The notes below the pieces were generated by a model. That model ran no database searches and was not told the origin of the DNA. It saw only the letters and a list, made by a program, of their open reading frames with translations. A DNA stretch of 64,000 nt from Mycobacteriales bacterium (GTDB taxonomy: Bacteria; Actinomycetota; Actinomycetes; Mycobacteriales; SCTD01), in contig JBKJSN010000019.1 in assembly GCA_046595815.1 (NCBI GenBank), positions 4,936 to 68,935 of the forward strand, in the 5' to 3' direction. This document shows positions 9,561 through 18,585 of the stretch, piece by piece (the first letter of the stretch is position 1; every line of letters starts with the position of its first letter). A program made the position numbers and the translations under genes.

Positions 9561-10787
9561 TCAGGCCCCGGCGTAGTCCGGGATCAGCTCACGTGCGAGC
9601 TGCTCGAGGAACAGGCCGATGTCGGTGACGATGCCGATCGCCTGCGAGGAGCCCCGGTCGGCGAGCTTGGTGACCGTCGCGGGGTTGATGTCCACCGACA
9701 CCAGCGGGATCGAGGCGGGCAGGATGTTCCCCGTCGCGATGGAGTGCAGCATCGTCGCCACCATGATCGCGAACCCAACCCCAGGGAGCTCGGCGCGCAT
9801 CGCGCGCTGTCCTTCGATGACGTCGGTGTAGACGTCTGGCAGTGGGCCGTCGTCGCGCACCGAGCCCACGAGGACGAAGGTCTTCTGGTGGCGGACCAGC
9901 GCGTGCATGATGCCGCTGGTGAGCACTCCCTGCTCCACTGCGGCAGCGATCGAGCCCGCTCGGCGGATCGTGTTGATGGCCCGGATGTGGTGCTCGTGGC
10001 CGTGCTCGACGCCCTTGCCCTGGGAGAGGTCGACCCCGAGCGAGGTGCCATAGAGCGCGGACTCGATGTCGTGGGTGGCCAGGGCGTTGCCCGCGAACAA
10101 GATGTCGACGTACCCGGCGTTGACGAGCGAGGTGAAGGCCGGTGCCGCGCCCGTGTGCACGATGCCGGGCCCGCCGACCCAGAGGACCTTGCCGCCATCG
10201 TCCTTCACTTCGCGCATGCGCTCGGCGATCTGCCGCACCAGCAGGGCCTGCGGCTTCTCCGACGACACGCTGGAGGACATGAACTCGAAGGAGTCGCCGC
10301 CGCGCTCGACCGGCGGTAGCACCACCTTGACGCCGCCGGCCCCGCAGACGATCTCGTCGCCGGCCTTCACATCGCTCACCGGAACGGTCCGCACTCGGCC
10401 GTCGGTGAGCACCAGGCCGCAATCCATCTCGGGCTGCTCCACCGGCACCCACGAGCCTTCCAGGCGTACGACGGTCTCCAGGTTGGTCGTGGAGTAGAAG
10501 TCGTCAGGGAACACCCCGTCCCGCTCGCAGGGACGAGTCACGGCCTCGCCAGGGTCGACCTGGTTGACGCCGTGCGTCTGCAGGCGCATGAGCAGCCGCT
10601 GCAGGGCCTCGTCGTCCTCGGCAGAGACGGTGAGGGTGGCGTGCGACTCGTCCTCGTGGTGCTTGCCGATGTCGATCCGGTCGATGCGGTAGTCACCGCC
10701 GTACCCCAGGACATCATCGAGCACCCTGGCAAGGATGCCGCTGTCCATGAGGTGCCCGTGGACCTCGACCGACTCGCTGTGCTGCAC
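9561..10787 (-). CDS. TIGR00300-family LOR/SDH-like protein (related to the ArgZ/AgrE C-terminal ornithine cyclodeaminase region)
   Basis: GHLMDSG, FYSTTN, EMDC, FMSSSVSSE, GNALATHDIE, GSVRDDGPLPD, TMLHSIATGN, KLADRGS. Confidence 0.85.
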   Translation of the reverse strand: MQHSESVEVHGHLMDSGILARVLDDVLGYGGDYRIDRIDIGKHHEDESHATLTVSAEDDEALQRLLMRLQTHGVNQVDPGEAVTRPCERDGVFPDDFYSTTNLETVVRLEGSWVPVEQPEMDCGLVLTDGRVRTVPVSDVKAGDEIVCGAGGVKVVLPPVERGGDSFEFMSSSVSSEKPQALLVRQIAERMREVKDDGGKVLWVGGPGIVHTGAAPAFTSLVNAGYVDILFAGNALATHDIESALYGTSLGVDLSQGKGVEHGHEHHIRAINTIRRAGSIAAAVEQGVLTSGIMHALVRHQKTFVLVGSVRDDGPLPDVYTDVIEGQRAMRAELPGVGFAIMVATMLHSIATGNILPASIPLVSVDINPATVTKLADRGSSQAIGIVTDIGLFLEQLARELIPDYAGA

Positions 10788-10808
10788 GTGTCCTCCTGGA
10801 GTTGCGGA

Positions 10809-11306
10809 TCAGACGACCGCGCCGCCGTCGGGGCGGTCGTCCGGCCCTGGAGCATCGCGCATCGAGCCGACGAGCACAGCGAGGCCCGCCAGGACCAGCA
10901 GACTGCCCAGCAGCAGGGAGCCCGGTGAGTCGTCGAGACCGACCCGGAAGGGCAGGAAAAGCGCGCAGAATCCGGAGAGCAACAACGCGACCCCCCCGAC
11001 GGTGCGGGGGCGCACCCGCGGCAGCCGTGGCGGGGGCGGGGGCTCGAAATGGCCTTCGTCCTGCAGTGCAGCCGGCTCGAGCCACCCGGGAAGCGCCTCT
11101 GCTGAAGCCGGGCGAGGGCCCGGTGACTCCTCCGCGGGAGCCGGGGGCTGCTCGGCAGGCTCCTCAAGGTCTTCGGAGACAGGCCAGCGGGGGACAGGAT
11201 CGGTGAGTGCATCGCTGAACCCCGCGACGATCTGACGGAAGACGGCGTCATCGTCACGCCCCTCTTCGCGTCCATGGTCGCGGTCCGGTTCCTGCGGTGC
11301 TGTCAT
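10809..11306 (-). CDS. Hypothetical membrane protein
   Basis: F.QIVAGF, EGHFEPPPPP, two TM helices and C-terminal DGGAVV; a conserved actinobacterial type found next to plsC. Confidence 0.75.
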   Translation of the reverse strand: MTAPQEPDRDHGREEGRDDDAVFRQIVAGFSDALTDPVPRWPVSEDLEEPAEQPPAPAEESPGPRPASAEALPGWLEPAALQDEGHFEPPPPPRLPRVRPRTVGGVALLLSGFCALFLPFRVGLDDSPGSLLLGSLLVLAGLAVLVGSMRDAPGPDDRPDGGAVV

Positions 11307-11401
11307 CGTGACCATCGTCGCACGGTCCGGTGCGTTGCAGCCCCCCTGCATGGGGCATAAGGTCGGGCTCCGACGTAAGGCTGAGTGGAAGGGGGCGACA
11401 G

Positions 11402-12142
11402 GTGTTCTACTGGATGGTCAAGGCGATCTTGACGCCCATCCTCCGAACCCTGTTCCGTCCGTGGGTCGAGGGTGGCGAGCACATCCCCACCGAGGGTCCG
11501 GCGATCCTGGCGAGCAATCACCTGTCGTTCAGCGACTCGATCTTCCTGCCGCTCGTGGTGCCGCGGCGCATCACCTTCCTGGCCAAGGCGGACTACTTCA
11601 CCGGCACCGGACTGAAGGGCAAGCTCACGAAGGGCTTCTTCGCGGGTGTCGGCCAGGTGCCCATCGACCGCAGCGGGGGCGCAGCTTCCGAGCGTGCGCT
11701 GTTGACCGGCAAGCGCATCCTGGCCGAGGGCAACCTGCTGGGCCTGTACCCCGAGGGCACGCGCAGCCCCGACGGCCGGCTCTACCGGGGCAAGACCGGG
11801 GTCGCCCGCATGGCCATCGAGTCCGGTGTCCCCGTTATCCCCGTCGCCATGATCAACACTGATGTCATCCAGCCCACCGGCAAGGTCATCCCGCGCCTGG
11901 GTCGCGTCGGGGTGAAGGTGGGCGCTCCGCTCGACTTCAGCCGGTACGCCGGGATGGAGGGCGACCGGTTCGTGCTCCGCTCGGTCACCGACGAGATCAT
12001 GTACGAACTCATGCTGCTGTCGGGCCAGGAGTACGTCGACATGTACGCCACGAAGGCCAAGGCGGATATCGAAGACGCCCGCAAGGCCGCTCAGGAGGCG
12101 CTCGTCAGCGACGCCCCCGCCCCGGAGCGCCGGGCCTCTTAG
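11402..12142 (+). CDS. plsC: 1-acyl-sn-glycerol-3-phosphate acyltransferase
   Basis: NHLSFSD (HxxxxD) and YPEGTRS motifs; GTG start at 11402. Confidence 0.92.
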   Translation: MFYWMVKAILTPILRTLFRPWVEGGEHIPTEGPAILASNHLSFSDSIFLPLVVPRRITFLAKADYFTGTGLKGKLTKGFFAGVGQVPIDRSGGAASERALLTGKRILAEGNLLGLYPEGTRSPDGRLYRGKTGVARMAIESGVPVIPVAMINTDVIQPTGKVIPRLGRVGVKVGAPLDFSRYAGMEGDRFVLRSVTDEIMYELMLLSGQEYVDMYATKAKADIEDARKAAQEALVSDAPAPERRAS

Positions 12143-12155
12143 CTCAGGCGCTCCG

Positions 12156-15100
12156 TCAGGCCTCGGCCGGGAGTTCGGCGAGATAGTCCAGGAAGACCAC
12201 GGCTTTGTTGCGCTCGACGAATGCCCGGATGACGGCTGCCTGCTCTTGGGCGAGCACCACGTCGCCCGCGGCGATGGCTGCGCGGGCGAGCCGCACACGT
12301 GCGAACACCGTCGTGGAGGCGTCGCCGATGCGCTCGTAGAGGGCCACCGCCTCGGAGGCGTGCTCAACCGCGTCGAGGGTCTTGCCCTCCCTGGCGGATT
12401 GGAACGACCGCCCGATGTGGTGTGCCGCGACGATCCATGGTGTCTTGGGCTCCAGCGATGACAAACGCTCGGTGATGGCGTCGAGACGGTCGCCACCGAG
12501 GTAGGACGCCAGCGCCACTGCGCTGTAGGCCCACTCCCGGACTGTGCCGCGCACGTGCTGGCTGGTATGCCTGATCAGCTCGTCGAACAGGTCCTCGGCC
12601 TCCTCGACCCGCCCCTGCAGGAAGCGCGCGCAGCCGAGCAGCGCGACAGAGCTGCGGGCGATCGTGGGGAAGGCCGATCGCCGGGAGCGCTTCACGATGG
12701 TTTCGAGCTCTGGTGGGATGGGCTCGGCGCGCATGGCGTGCACGATGCAGGCGAGCGAGATCAGGTGCGTCTCCCATTGGTGGGCCTCCTCCCCGGATTC
12801 GGCAACGAACGCGTCCGTATGCGCGAGCAAGCGGTCCCAGTCCCCGTCGTACCAAGCCATGAGGGCGATCTCGGAGTCGTCGGCACGCGTGGTGAGCGAC
12901 AGTCCCCATCCACGGGTCGCACTGGCGCTCTGCTCGATGAGCTCGTACGAGCGGCGCAGTCGACCCTCCTCCTGCATGGTCGTGGCGAGGTTGTTGGCGG
13001 CGCGCTGCAGCGCGCGCAGATTGTGCTGGTGGCTCAGCCGCAACGCCTCCTCCTGCTGCACGACCCCAAGCGGGTCACCCAGGGAGTAACGAGCCGTCCC
13101 TGCAGTGACCAGCGCGTTCGCTTCGACCTCCAACAGCCCCAACGGCCGGGCGACGGCCATCGCTCGGTCGCTGAGGGCTACGGCCTCGGCGTACTGGTGG
13201 TTGAGCATCCGGTAGCGGCCCAACTCGGCAAGGGCCGTGGCGGACTGCTCGCTCGCCGGCTGCTCAGCCATCAGGTCTACGGCACGTTGCAGGTGCTGGG
13301 CCGCCAGACCCGGCGAGCCGCCGCGGTACCACTCCGCTTGGCCCAACATCCCCTCTGCCCGCGCGGCGCCGGCGACGTCCCCCAGGCACAGGAGCTTGTC
13401 GGCGGTGTCCTCGACGCGGGCCGGTCCGCCCTCGGTATAGAACGAGTGCGGGTCGTTGAGGAAGGCCAGGCTTGCTTCGACGAGCGTGGCGTGCAGGGCG
13501 CCCAGCTCCTCTTCCTGGCCGTACCACAGCATCGTGGCCCGACGGGCGTAGGCGTGGGCTGTGGAGACGGAGTGCAGCCGCAGCGCGTGTTCGGCCGCAG
13601 CCGTCAGTGCCTCGCGTGCAGGTACGGCGTACGGCTCGAGGTCTGCGCCCAACACGGCCGCGAGCTCGTACGCCGTGCTGCGGTGGTGGGCGCGCAGCTC
13701 GGACAGGTCGGCACCGCGCTCGTGCGACAAGGCCTCCATCCAATCGGCGCAGCGCCGGTGCTGCACGACGCGCAGGAATCGCGGGATGCGGCTGTACGCG
13801 GCGTCCCGCACGAGCACGTGGCGGAAGGCGAACTCGAACTCCCCAGCGACGGAGGACGACAGCGACTGGCGCACGACCTCTCGGCGTTCGAGCGCCTCCA
13901 GGCACCGAAGTACCTCGTGCCGATCGGCGTCCGCCACGGCGGCAACAGCGCTTTCCCAGAAGACCTCACCCACCACAGCCGCAGCCGAGACCACGCTTCG
14001 CTCCGAGGCGGTGAGCAGATCGAGGCGGCTGTCGACCACGCCCTGGACGCTGTCAGGCAGTGGCAGGTCAGCGAGGACGTCGAGCGAGCGACTCAAAGTG
14101 CCGCCGGCGGGTGTCGCCTCGTCCCGGGGGATCGCCCCCGAGTCGATGAGCATCCGGACGTACTCCTCGGCGTAGAGCGGATTGCCGCCGACCCGGTCAA
14201 GAAGCCTGCGCTGCAGGGGCTCGGGGAGCACGGTGTCACCGAGGAGGCGAGCCAGGACGTTGATTGTCTCCGCCTCGTCCAGCGGCGTCAGGGTGATCGT
14301 CATGGCGTCCCGAAGGCCGGCCAACCAGTCGGAGGGCCGCTCCATGAGCTCGGTGCGGGCCGTGCACAGCACAAGCAAGGGGGTCGAGCCGGCGGCCTCC
14401 ACGAGGGTGCGCAGGAAGGTCAGGAAGCCGTCGTCGGCGCTATGGAGATCCTCGATGACGAGCACTGTCGGAGTGTCTTCGGCCAGTGCGAGCAGGTAGC
14501 GGCGCCAGGCTGAATAGCTCGCGTCGACGTCGTCCGTCGGATCGGTTACCACCCCTGGGAGCCCAATCAGCGCGGCCAGCCGTTCCTTGACCTGGGTGAC
14601 CACAGCCGGATCGGTCGCTTGTGGCAGCACGCGGTCGACGGAGATGTCGAGCTTGGCCCTTGCCACGGCACCGCTGTCGGACTCCAGGACCGAAGCCTGG
14701 GTCTTGACCACCTGGCTCAATGCCCAGTAGCTCACGCCTTCGCCGTACGGCAGGCACTGGCCTGTGCGCCATCGAACGATGGTGGGGGTGGCCGGTGAGT
14801 CGACGTGGTCGAACAGAGCGCGGGTGAGGCGGCTCTTGCCGATGCCGGGCTCACCGATCAGCGTGACGAGCTGGCCGCGCCGCTCCTGGATCACCCTCCG
14901 CAGACTGCTGACCAGCAGCGCGAGCTCCGGCTCACGTCCCACGAGGGGGAGGTTCTCACCGGATCGGCTCACACTCGCGGCAAAGCCCTGCGCGAGCCAG
15001 ACCTGCTCGGGCTCGGGGTCGCTGCCGAGGCGTACGGGCGAATGGGCGGCATACAGCACACGGGGAGTGGTCATGCGGTGTGTCTGGCGCCCCACGAGCA

Positions 15101-15710
15101 CCCCTCCCGGGGGTGCGGCAGCCTGCAAGTGCATGGCTCGCGTGAGCACCTCGCCGGACACTCGTGGGATCTCGTTCTCCGGGTCGAAGCTGACCATCGC
15201 CTCGCCGGTGGACACACCGACGCGTGCGACGAGCGGCCGGCCGTCGGGAAGCAGTTGGGTGGAGAGCGAGAGTTGGGTCTCGACGGCGGCCTTCACGGCG
15301 CGCTCAGGGTCGTTCTCATGGGCGATGGGGGCGCCGTAGACGGCCACCACGGCGTCACCGATGCGCTTGGCGACCACGCCACCGGAGTTGAGCACCGCCG
15401 TGGCGACGGCGGAGAAGAAACTGCGCTGGGCCGCATGCAGATCCTCAGGCTCCAGAGACTGAGCTGTGCCGGAGAAGTCGACGAGGTCGACGGCCAGGAC
15501 GCTCACCCAGCGACGCTCCTCCTGGGGACCGGCGAGGCCGGGAGGCGCTGGCTTGGCGGCTACGAGCGCCTGACCGCAACAGATGCAGAACGACGTTCCG
15601 GGGTCGGTGAGCATGCCGCAGGCGGAGCACGGGGCAGGTAGAGGCGACCCGCACTGTCCGCAGAAGTACGCCCCTGCGGGTGCTGGGCTCGTGCACGCAA
15701 AGCAGGTCAT
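12156..15710 (-). CDS. Double zinc ribbon + class III nucleotide cyclase-like + STAND/AAA ATPase + TPR-like protein
   Basis: N-terminal CxxC pairs; VSVLAVDLVDFS and KRIGDAVVAVYG cyclase motifs; Walker A GEPGIGKS; Walker B VLVIEDLH; GGNPLY; FRHVLVRDAAY; helical C-terminus. Confidence 0.88.
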   Translation of the reverse strand: MTCFACTSPAPAGAYFCGQCGSPLPAPCSACGMLTDPGTSFCICCGQALVAAKPAPPGLAGPQEERRWVSVLAVDLVDFSGTAQSLEPEDLHAAQRSFFSAVATAVLNSGGVVAKRIGDAVVAVYGAPIAHENDPERAVKAAVETQLSLSTQLLPDGRPLVARVGVSTGEAMVSFDPENEIPRVSGEVLTRAMHLQAAAPPGGVLVGRQTHRMTTPRVLYAAHSPVRLGSDPEPEQVWLAQGFAASVSRSGENLPLVGREPELALLVSSLRRVIQERRGQLVTLIGEPGIGKSRLTRALFDHVDSPATPTIVRWRTGQCLPYGEGVSYWALSQVVKTQASVLESDSGAVARAKLDISVDRVLPQATDPAVVTQVKERLAALIGLPGVVTDPTDDVDASYSAWRRYLLALAEDTPTVLVIEDLHSADDGFLTFLRTLVEAAGSTPLLVLCTARTELMERPSDWLAGLRDAMTITLTPLDEAETINVLARLLGDTVLPEPLQRRLLDRVGGNPLYAEEYVRMLIDSGAIPRDEATPAGGTLSRSLDVLADLPLPDSVQGVVDSRLDLLTASERSVVSAAAVVGEVFWESAVAAVADADRHEVLRCLEALERREVVRQSLSSSVAGEFEFAFRHVLVRDAAYSRIPRFLRVVQHRRCADWMEALSHERGADLSELRAHHRSTAYELAAVLGADLEPYAVPAREALTAAAEHALRLHSVSTAHAYARRATMLWYGQEEELGALHATLVEASLAFLNDPHSFYTEGGPARVEDTADKLLCLGDVAGAARAEGMLGQAEWYRGGSPGLAAQHLQRAVDLMAEQPASEQSATALAELGRYRMLNHQYAEAVALSDRAMAVARPLGLLEVEANALVTAGTARYSLGDPLGVVQQEEALRLSHQHNLRALQRAANNLATTMQEEGRLRRSYELIEQSASATRGWGLSLTTRADDSEIALMAWYDGDWDRLLAHTDAFVAESGEEAHQWETHLISLACIVHAMRAEPIPPELETIVKRSRRSAFPTIARSSVALLGCARFLQGRVEEAEDLFDELIRHTSQHVRGTVREWAYSAVALASYLGGDRLDAITERLSSLEPKTPWIVAAHHIGRSFQSAREGKTLDAVEHASEAVALYERIGDASTTVFARVRLARAAIAAGDVVLAQEQAAVIRAFVERNKAVVFLDYLAELPAEA

Positions 15711-15757
15711 GTCGATGGACGGATGTTCCCAGGTGGGTGAGCCGTCCGCTACCTCAC

Positions 15758-15805
15758 GTTCTTGACAGGGTTCTCAACAGGGTTCTCGACAGGGTTCTCG
15801 ACAGG
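15758..15805. repeat. Four tandem 12-bp repeats (consensus GTTCTCGACAGG)
   Basis: gttcttgacagg/gttctcaacagg/gttctcgacagg/gttctcgacagg, read directly between the glpK stop and the cyclase start. Confidence 0.95.
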
Positions 15806-17275
15806 TCAGTGCTCCCACGCGCGGCTGCGCTCGACGGCGCGCAGCCACCGGGCGTGGCTGCCGTCGTCCCGCACTCCTGCGGTCGGCTCAAAGCGTCGGT
15901 CCAACCGCCAGGTCGCTGCGAGCTCGTCGGTGCTGGCCCAGACTCCCGTGCCGAGCCCTGCGAGGAACGCAGCCCCTAGGGCCGTGGTCTCGAGGACCTG
16001 AGGACGTTCGACGGGTACGGCGAGCTGGTCGGCCTGCAGGGCACAGAGCAGGTCGTTGGCGCTGGCACCCCCATCGACCTGAAGCGCAGGAAGGGTCACC
16101 CCCGCTTCGCTGGTCATCGCATCGACGACGTCACGGACCTCGAAGGCGATGGCATCGAGAGTGGCGCGGGCCAGGTGGGCCCGGGTGGTGCCGCGGGTGA
16201 TGCCCAGGATGGTCCCGCGTGCGGAGGGGTCCCAGTGCGGTGCCCCCAGCCCGGTCAGCGCCGGGACGAAGACGACGCCGCCGGAGTCGGGCACGTGACC
16301 GGCGAGCGACTCGACCTCGGCTGCCCCCGCGATGACCTGCAGCCCGTCACGCAGCCATTGCACGGCGGCTCCGGTGACGAAGACCGCTCCCTCGAGGGCG
16401 TAGGTCAGCTTCCCATCGGGTGCCATCCACGCCACGGTCGTGAGCAGGCGCTCGCTCAGGCAGGGGGTCGATCCGGTGTTGACCAGGACGAAGGAGCCGG
16501 TGCCGTAGGTGCACTTGCTGCGGCCGGCGTCATAGCAGCCCTGACCGAACAAGGCAGCCTGCTGATCGCCCGCGATACCGGCAATGGGCAGGTCCAGCCC
16601 GAGGAAGGTCGCCGGGTCGGTGCGTCCCACCTCGCCGTACGACGGCACGACGCGCGGGAGGGCCGCGCGGGGGACCCCGAACAGCTCGCACAGCTCGTCG
16701 GACCACTCCCCGGTCCGCAGATCGAGCAGCAGGGTCCGGCTGGCGTTGCTGGCGTCGGTCACGTGCAGGCGACCACCGGAAAGCCGGGCGCAGACGTAGG
16801 CGTCCACCGTCCCGATCGCCGTGGCTCCAGAGGTGACGCCGGCCCAGACCGAGGGGTCGTTCTCCCTGATCCACGCCAGTTTCGTGGCGGTGAAGTAGGG
16901 GTCCAGTCGCAGCCCGGTGAGCTCGGCGACGCGTGGTTCGTGCCCGGCGTCCTTCAGCCGCTCGCAGATCGCGGTCGTCCGTCGGTCCTGCCAGACGATC
17001 GCTCGGCGTGGCGGCTGCAGGGTCGTGCGGTCCCACAGCACCGCGGTCTCGCGCTGAACGGTCACACCAACGGCGGTCACGGTCTGCCCGGCGAGGGCCG
17101 CCCGGCAGGAGCCGAGGACTGCCACCCAGATCTCTTCGGGCTCGTGCTCGACCCAGCCCGGCTGGGGGAAGTGCTGCTGGAACTCCTGGTACCCGCGGGA
17201 GAGCACCTGGCCCTGCTCGCTGACCACCAGGGCCGTGACTCCGGTGGTGCCGCAGTCGATGGCCAGGACGCTCAC
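15806..17275 (-). CDS. glpK: Glycerol kinase
   Basis: PQPGWVEH, QRET, AIVWQDRRT, TDASNASRT, GDQQAALFGQ, KCTYGTG, GLGAPHWD. Confidence 0.95.
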   Translation of the reverse strand: MSVLAIDCGTTGVTALVVSEQGQVLSRGYQEFQQHFPQPGWVEHEPEEIWVAVLGSCRAALAGQTVTAVGVTVQRETAVLWDRTTLQPPRRAIVWQDRRTTAICERLKDAGHEPRVAELTGLRLDPYFTATKLAWIRENDPSVWAGVTSGATAIGTVDAYVCARLSGGRLHVTDASNASRTLLLDLRTGEWSDELCELFGVPRAALPRVVPSYGEVGRTDPATFLGLDLPIAGIAGDQQAALFGQGCYDAGRSKCTYGTGSFVLVNTGSTPCLSERLLTTVAWMAPDGKLTYALEGAVFVTGAAVQWLRDGLQVIAGAAEVESLAGHVPDSGGVVFVPALTGLGAPHWDPSARGTILGITRGTTRAHLARATLDAIAFEVRDVVDAMTSEAGVTLPALQVDGGASANDLLCALQADQLAVPVERPQVLETTALGAAFLAGLGTGVWASTDELAATWRLDRRFEPTAGVRDDGSHARWLRAVERSRAWEH

Positions 17276-18069
17276 GCGGTCGCCTTCCGTAGCTCGGCCA
17301 GGACGAGGGCGTCGATGCCATCAGGCACTAGTCGTTCCTCGAAGTTCTCGATCCCCGCCCACTCCTCCAGACTCGCGTGACCGAGCTGGGTCAGCCGGGT
17401 CGTGACCTCAGCGGCCAGCTCGCCCTCCAGGGGCAGCACCGTCTCCGGCTTGCCGAAGTACAGGGTGTGCAGCTCAAGCAGCCGTACCAGCTCCGGCACG
17501 GGGTCCGGGTGGTCATCGGCGCGGAGGTCGACCAGGACGTCCGACCCTCCGCCGTACCCGCCTGCTTCGCTGACGACGAGCAGTGCAGCGCTCTGCCTGC
17601 CGCGCCGGTCGCCGCCGGCGCGGTCACCGGCGAGAAGCGCTTGCAGCAGCCGTGCCGCGAGCGGGCCGGTGCTCGCTTCGTACGTCGAGGCCACGGCCTC
17701 GAGGACTTCGGGGCCGGTGAGGATGTTGCCCTGCGTCGCATAGCCCGGACCCGTGAGATCGCCGGCCCAGGCGTTGCACTCCGCCCCCGTCCACGTCGCG
17801 GCCTCGCCGTACCTGTCGACGACGCCGAGCTGGCGGTGCTCACGCATCGGGTCCCTGCCGATGAGCGCTTCCATGACGTCCGGTGCTGCCCGGCCCTCGC
17901 GGAGCAAGGCCAGGCCCTCCGGCCGGTAGGCGAGGTTGGCCCAGGCCTGGGTGGCGACGGCGCCGACGTCCCAAGCGGCTGCGGGCACGGCGGCGCCGAC
18001 GGCGAGGAACTTGCTGGCGACGGCGACGCCCCACTGGCCGTCGGCGTGGGCCACGATCGAGAAGGTCAC
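17272..18069 (-). CDS. DUF1028-family (Ntn-hydrolase-like) protein
   Basis: TFSIVA...GVAVASKFLAVGA, ATQA, QGNIL, GGDRRGRQSAAL, DLRADDH; GTG start at 18069. Confidence 0.88.
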   Translation of the reverse strand: MTFSIVAHADGQWGVAVASKFLAVGAAVPAAAWDVGAVATQAWANLAYRPEGLALLREGRAAPDVMEALIGRDPMREHRQLGVVDRYGEAATWTGAECNAWAGDLTGPGYATQGNILTGPEVLEAVASTYEASTGPLAARLLQALLAGDRAGGDRRGRQSAALLVVSEAGGYGGGSDVLVDLRADDHPDPVPELVRLLELHTLYFGKPETVLPLEGELAAEVTTRLTQLGHASLEEWAGIENFEERLVPDGIDALVLAELRKATA

Positions 18070-18099
18070 GCCGGAAGAGTAGAAGGCAGACTGCTGCTC

Positions 18100-18585
18100 A
18101 TGCGGTTCTTCTACGACTTGGAGTTCGGCGACACGTCGTCGGTGGTGACGTTGGTGTCGATCGGCGTCGTGGCCGAGGACGGGCGCGAGTACTACGCCGT
18201 GTCGAGTGAGTTCGACCCTCTTGCGGTGCATCCGTGGGTCGCCGAGAACGTCCTGCCGCAGCTTCCGCCCGCCTCGACGTGGAAGCCGCGCTCGCTGATC
18301 GCGGCCGAGCTGGCGGACTTCTTCGGGACCGAGCCCGTGTGGTGGGCGTGGTATGGCGCCTACGACCACGTGGCGCTGTGCCAGCTGTGGGGCGCGATGC
18401 CTTCGCTGCCGCGCGCGTTCCCCAGGTTCACCCTCGACGTCCGCCAGCTGTGGGAGCACCTGGGCCGTCCTGCACTGCCCGTGCAGCAGTCGCGGCTGCA
18501 CGACGCCCTCGCCGACGCCCGCCACGTCAAGGCGAGGTATGACGCGCTCGCCGAGAAGGCCTATCTGCTTGGTCTCAGCCTGTGA
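18100..18585 (+). CDS. DEDDh 3'-5' exoribonuclease, RNase AS (Rv2179c) family
   Basis: MRFFYDLEF, LVSIGVVAEDGREYYAVS, WAWYGAYDHV, HDALADAR. Confidence 0.9.
   Translation: MRFFYDLEFGDTSSVVTLVSIGVVAEDGREYYAVSSEFDPLAVHPWVAENVLPQLPPASTWKPRSLIAAELADFFGTEPVWWAWYGAYDHVALCQLWGAMPSLPRAFPRFTLDVRQLWEHLGRPALPVQQSRLHDALADARHVKARYDALAEKAYLLGLSL

Noticed and set aside
15758-15805. Possible CRISPR array (also considered for 40477-40641)
   Set aside because: Units are 12 or 15 nt, directly abutting, with no unique spacers, and no cas genes are present.
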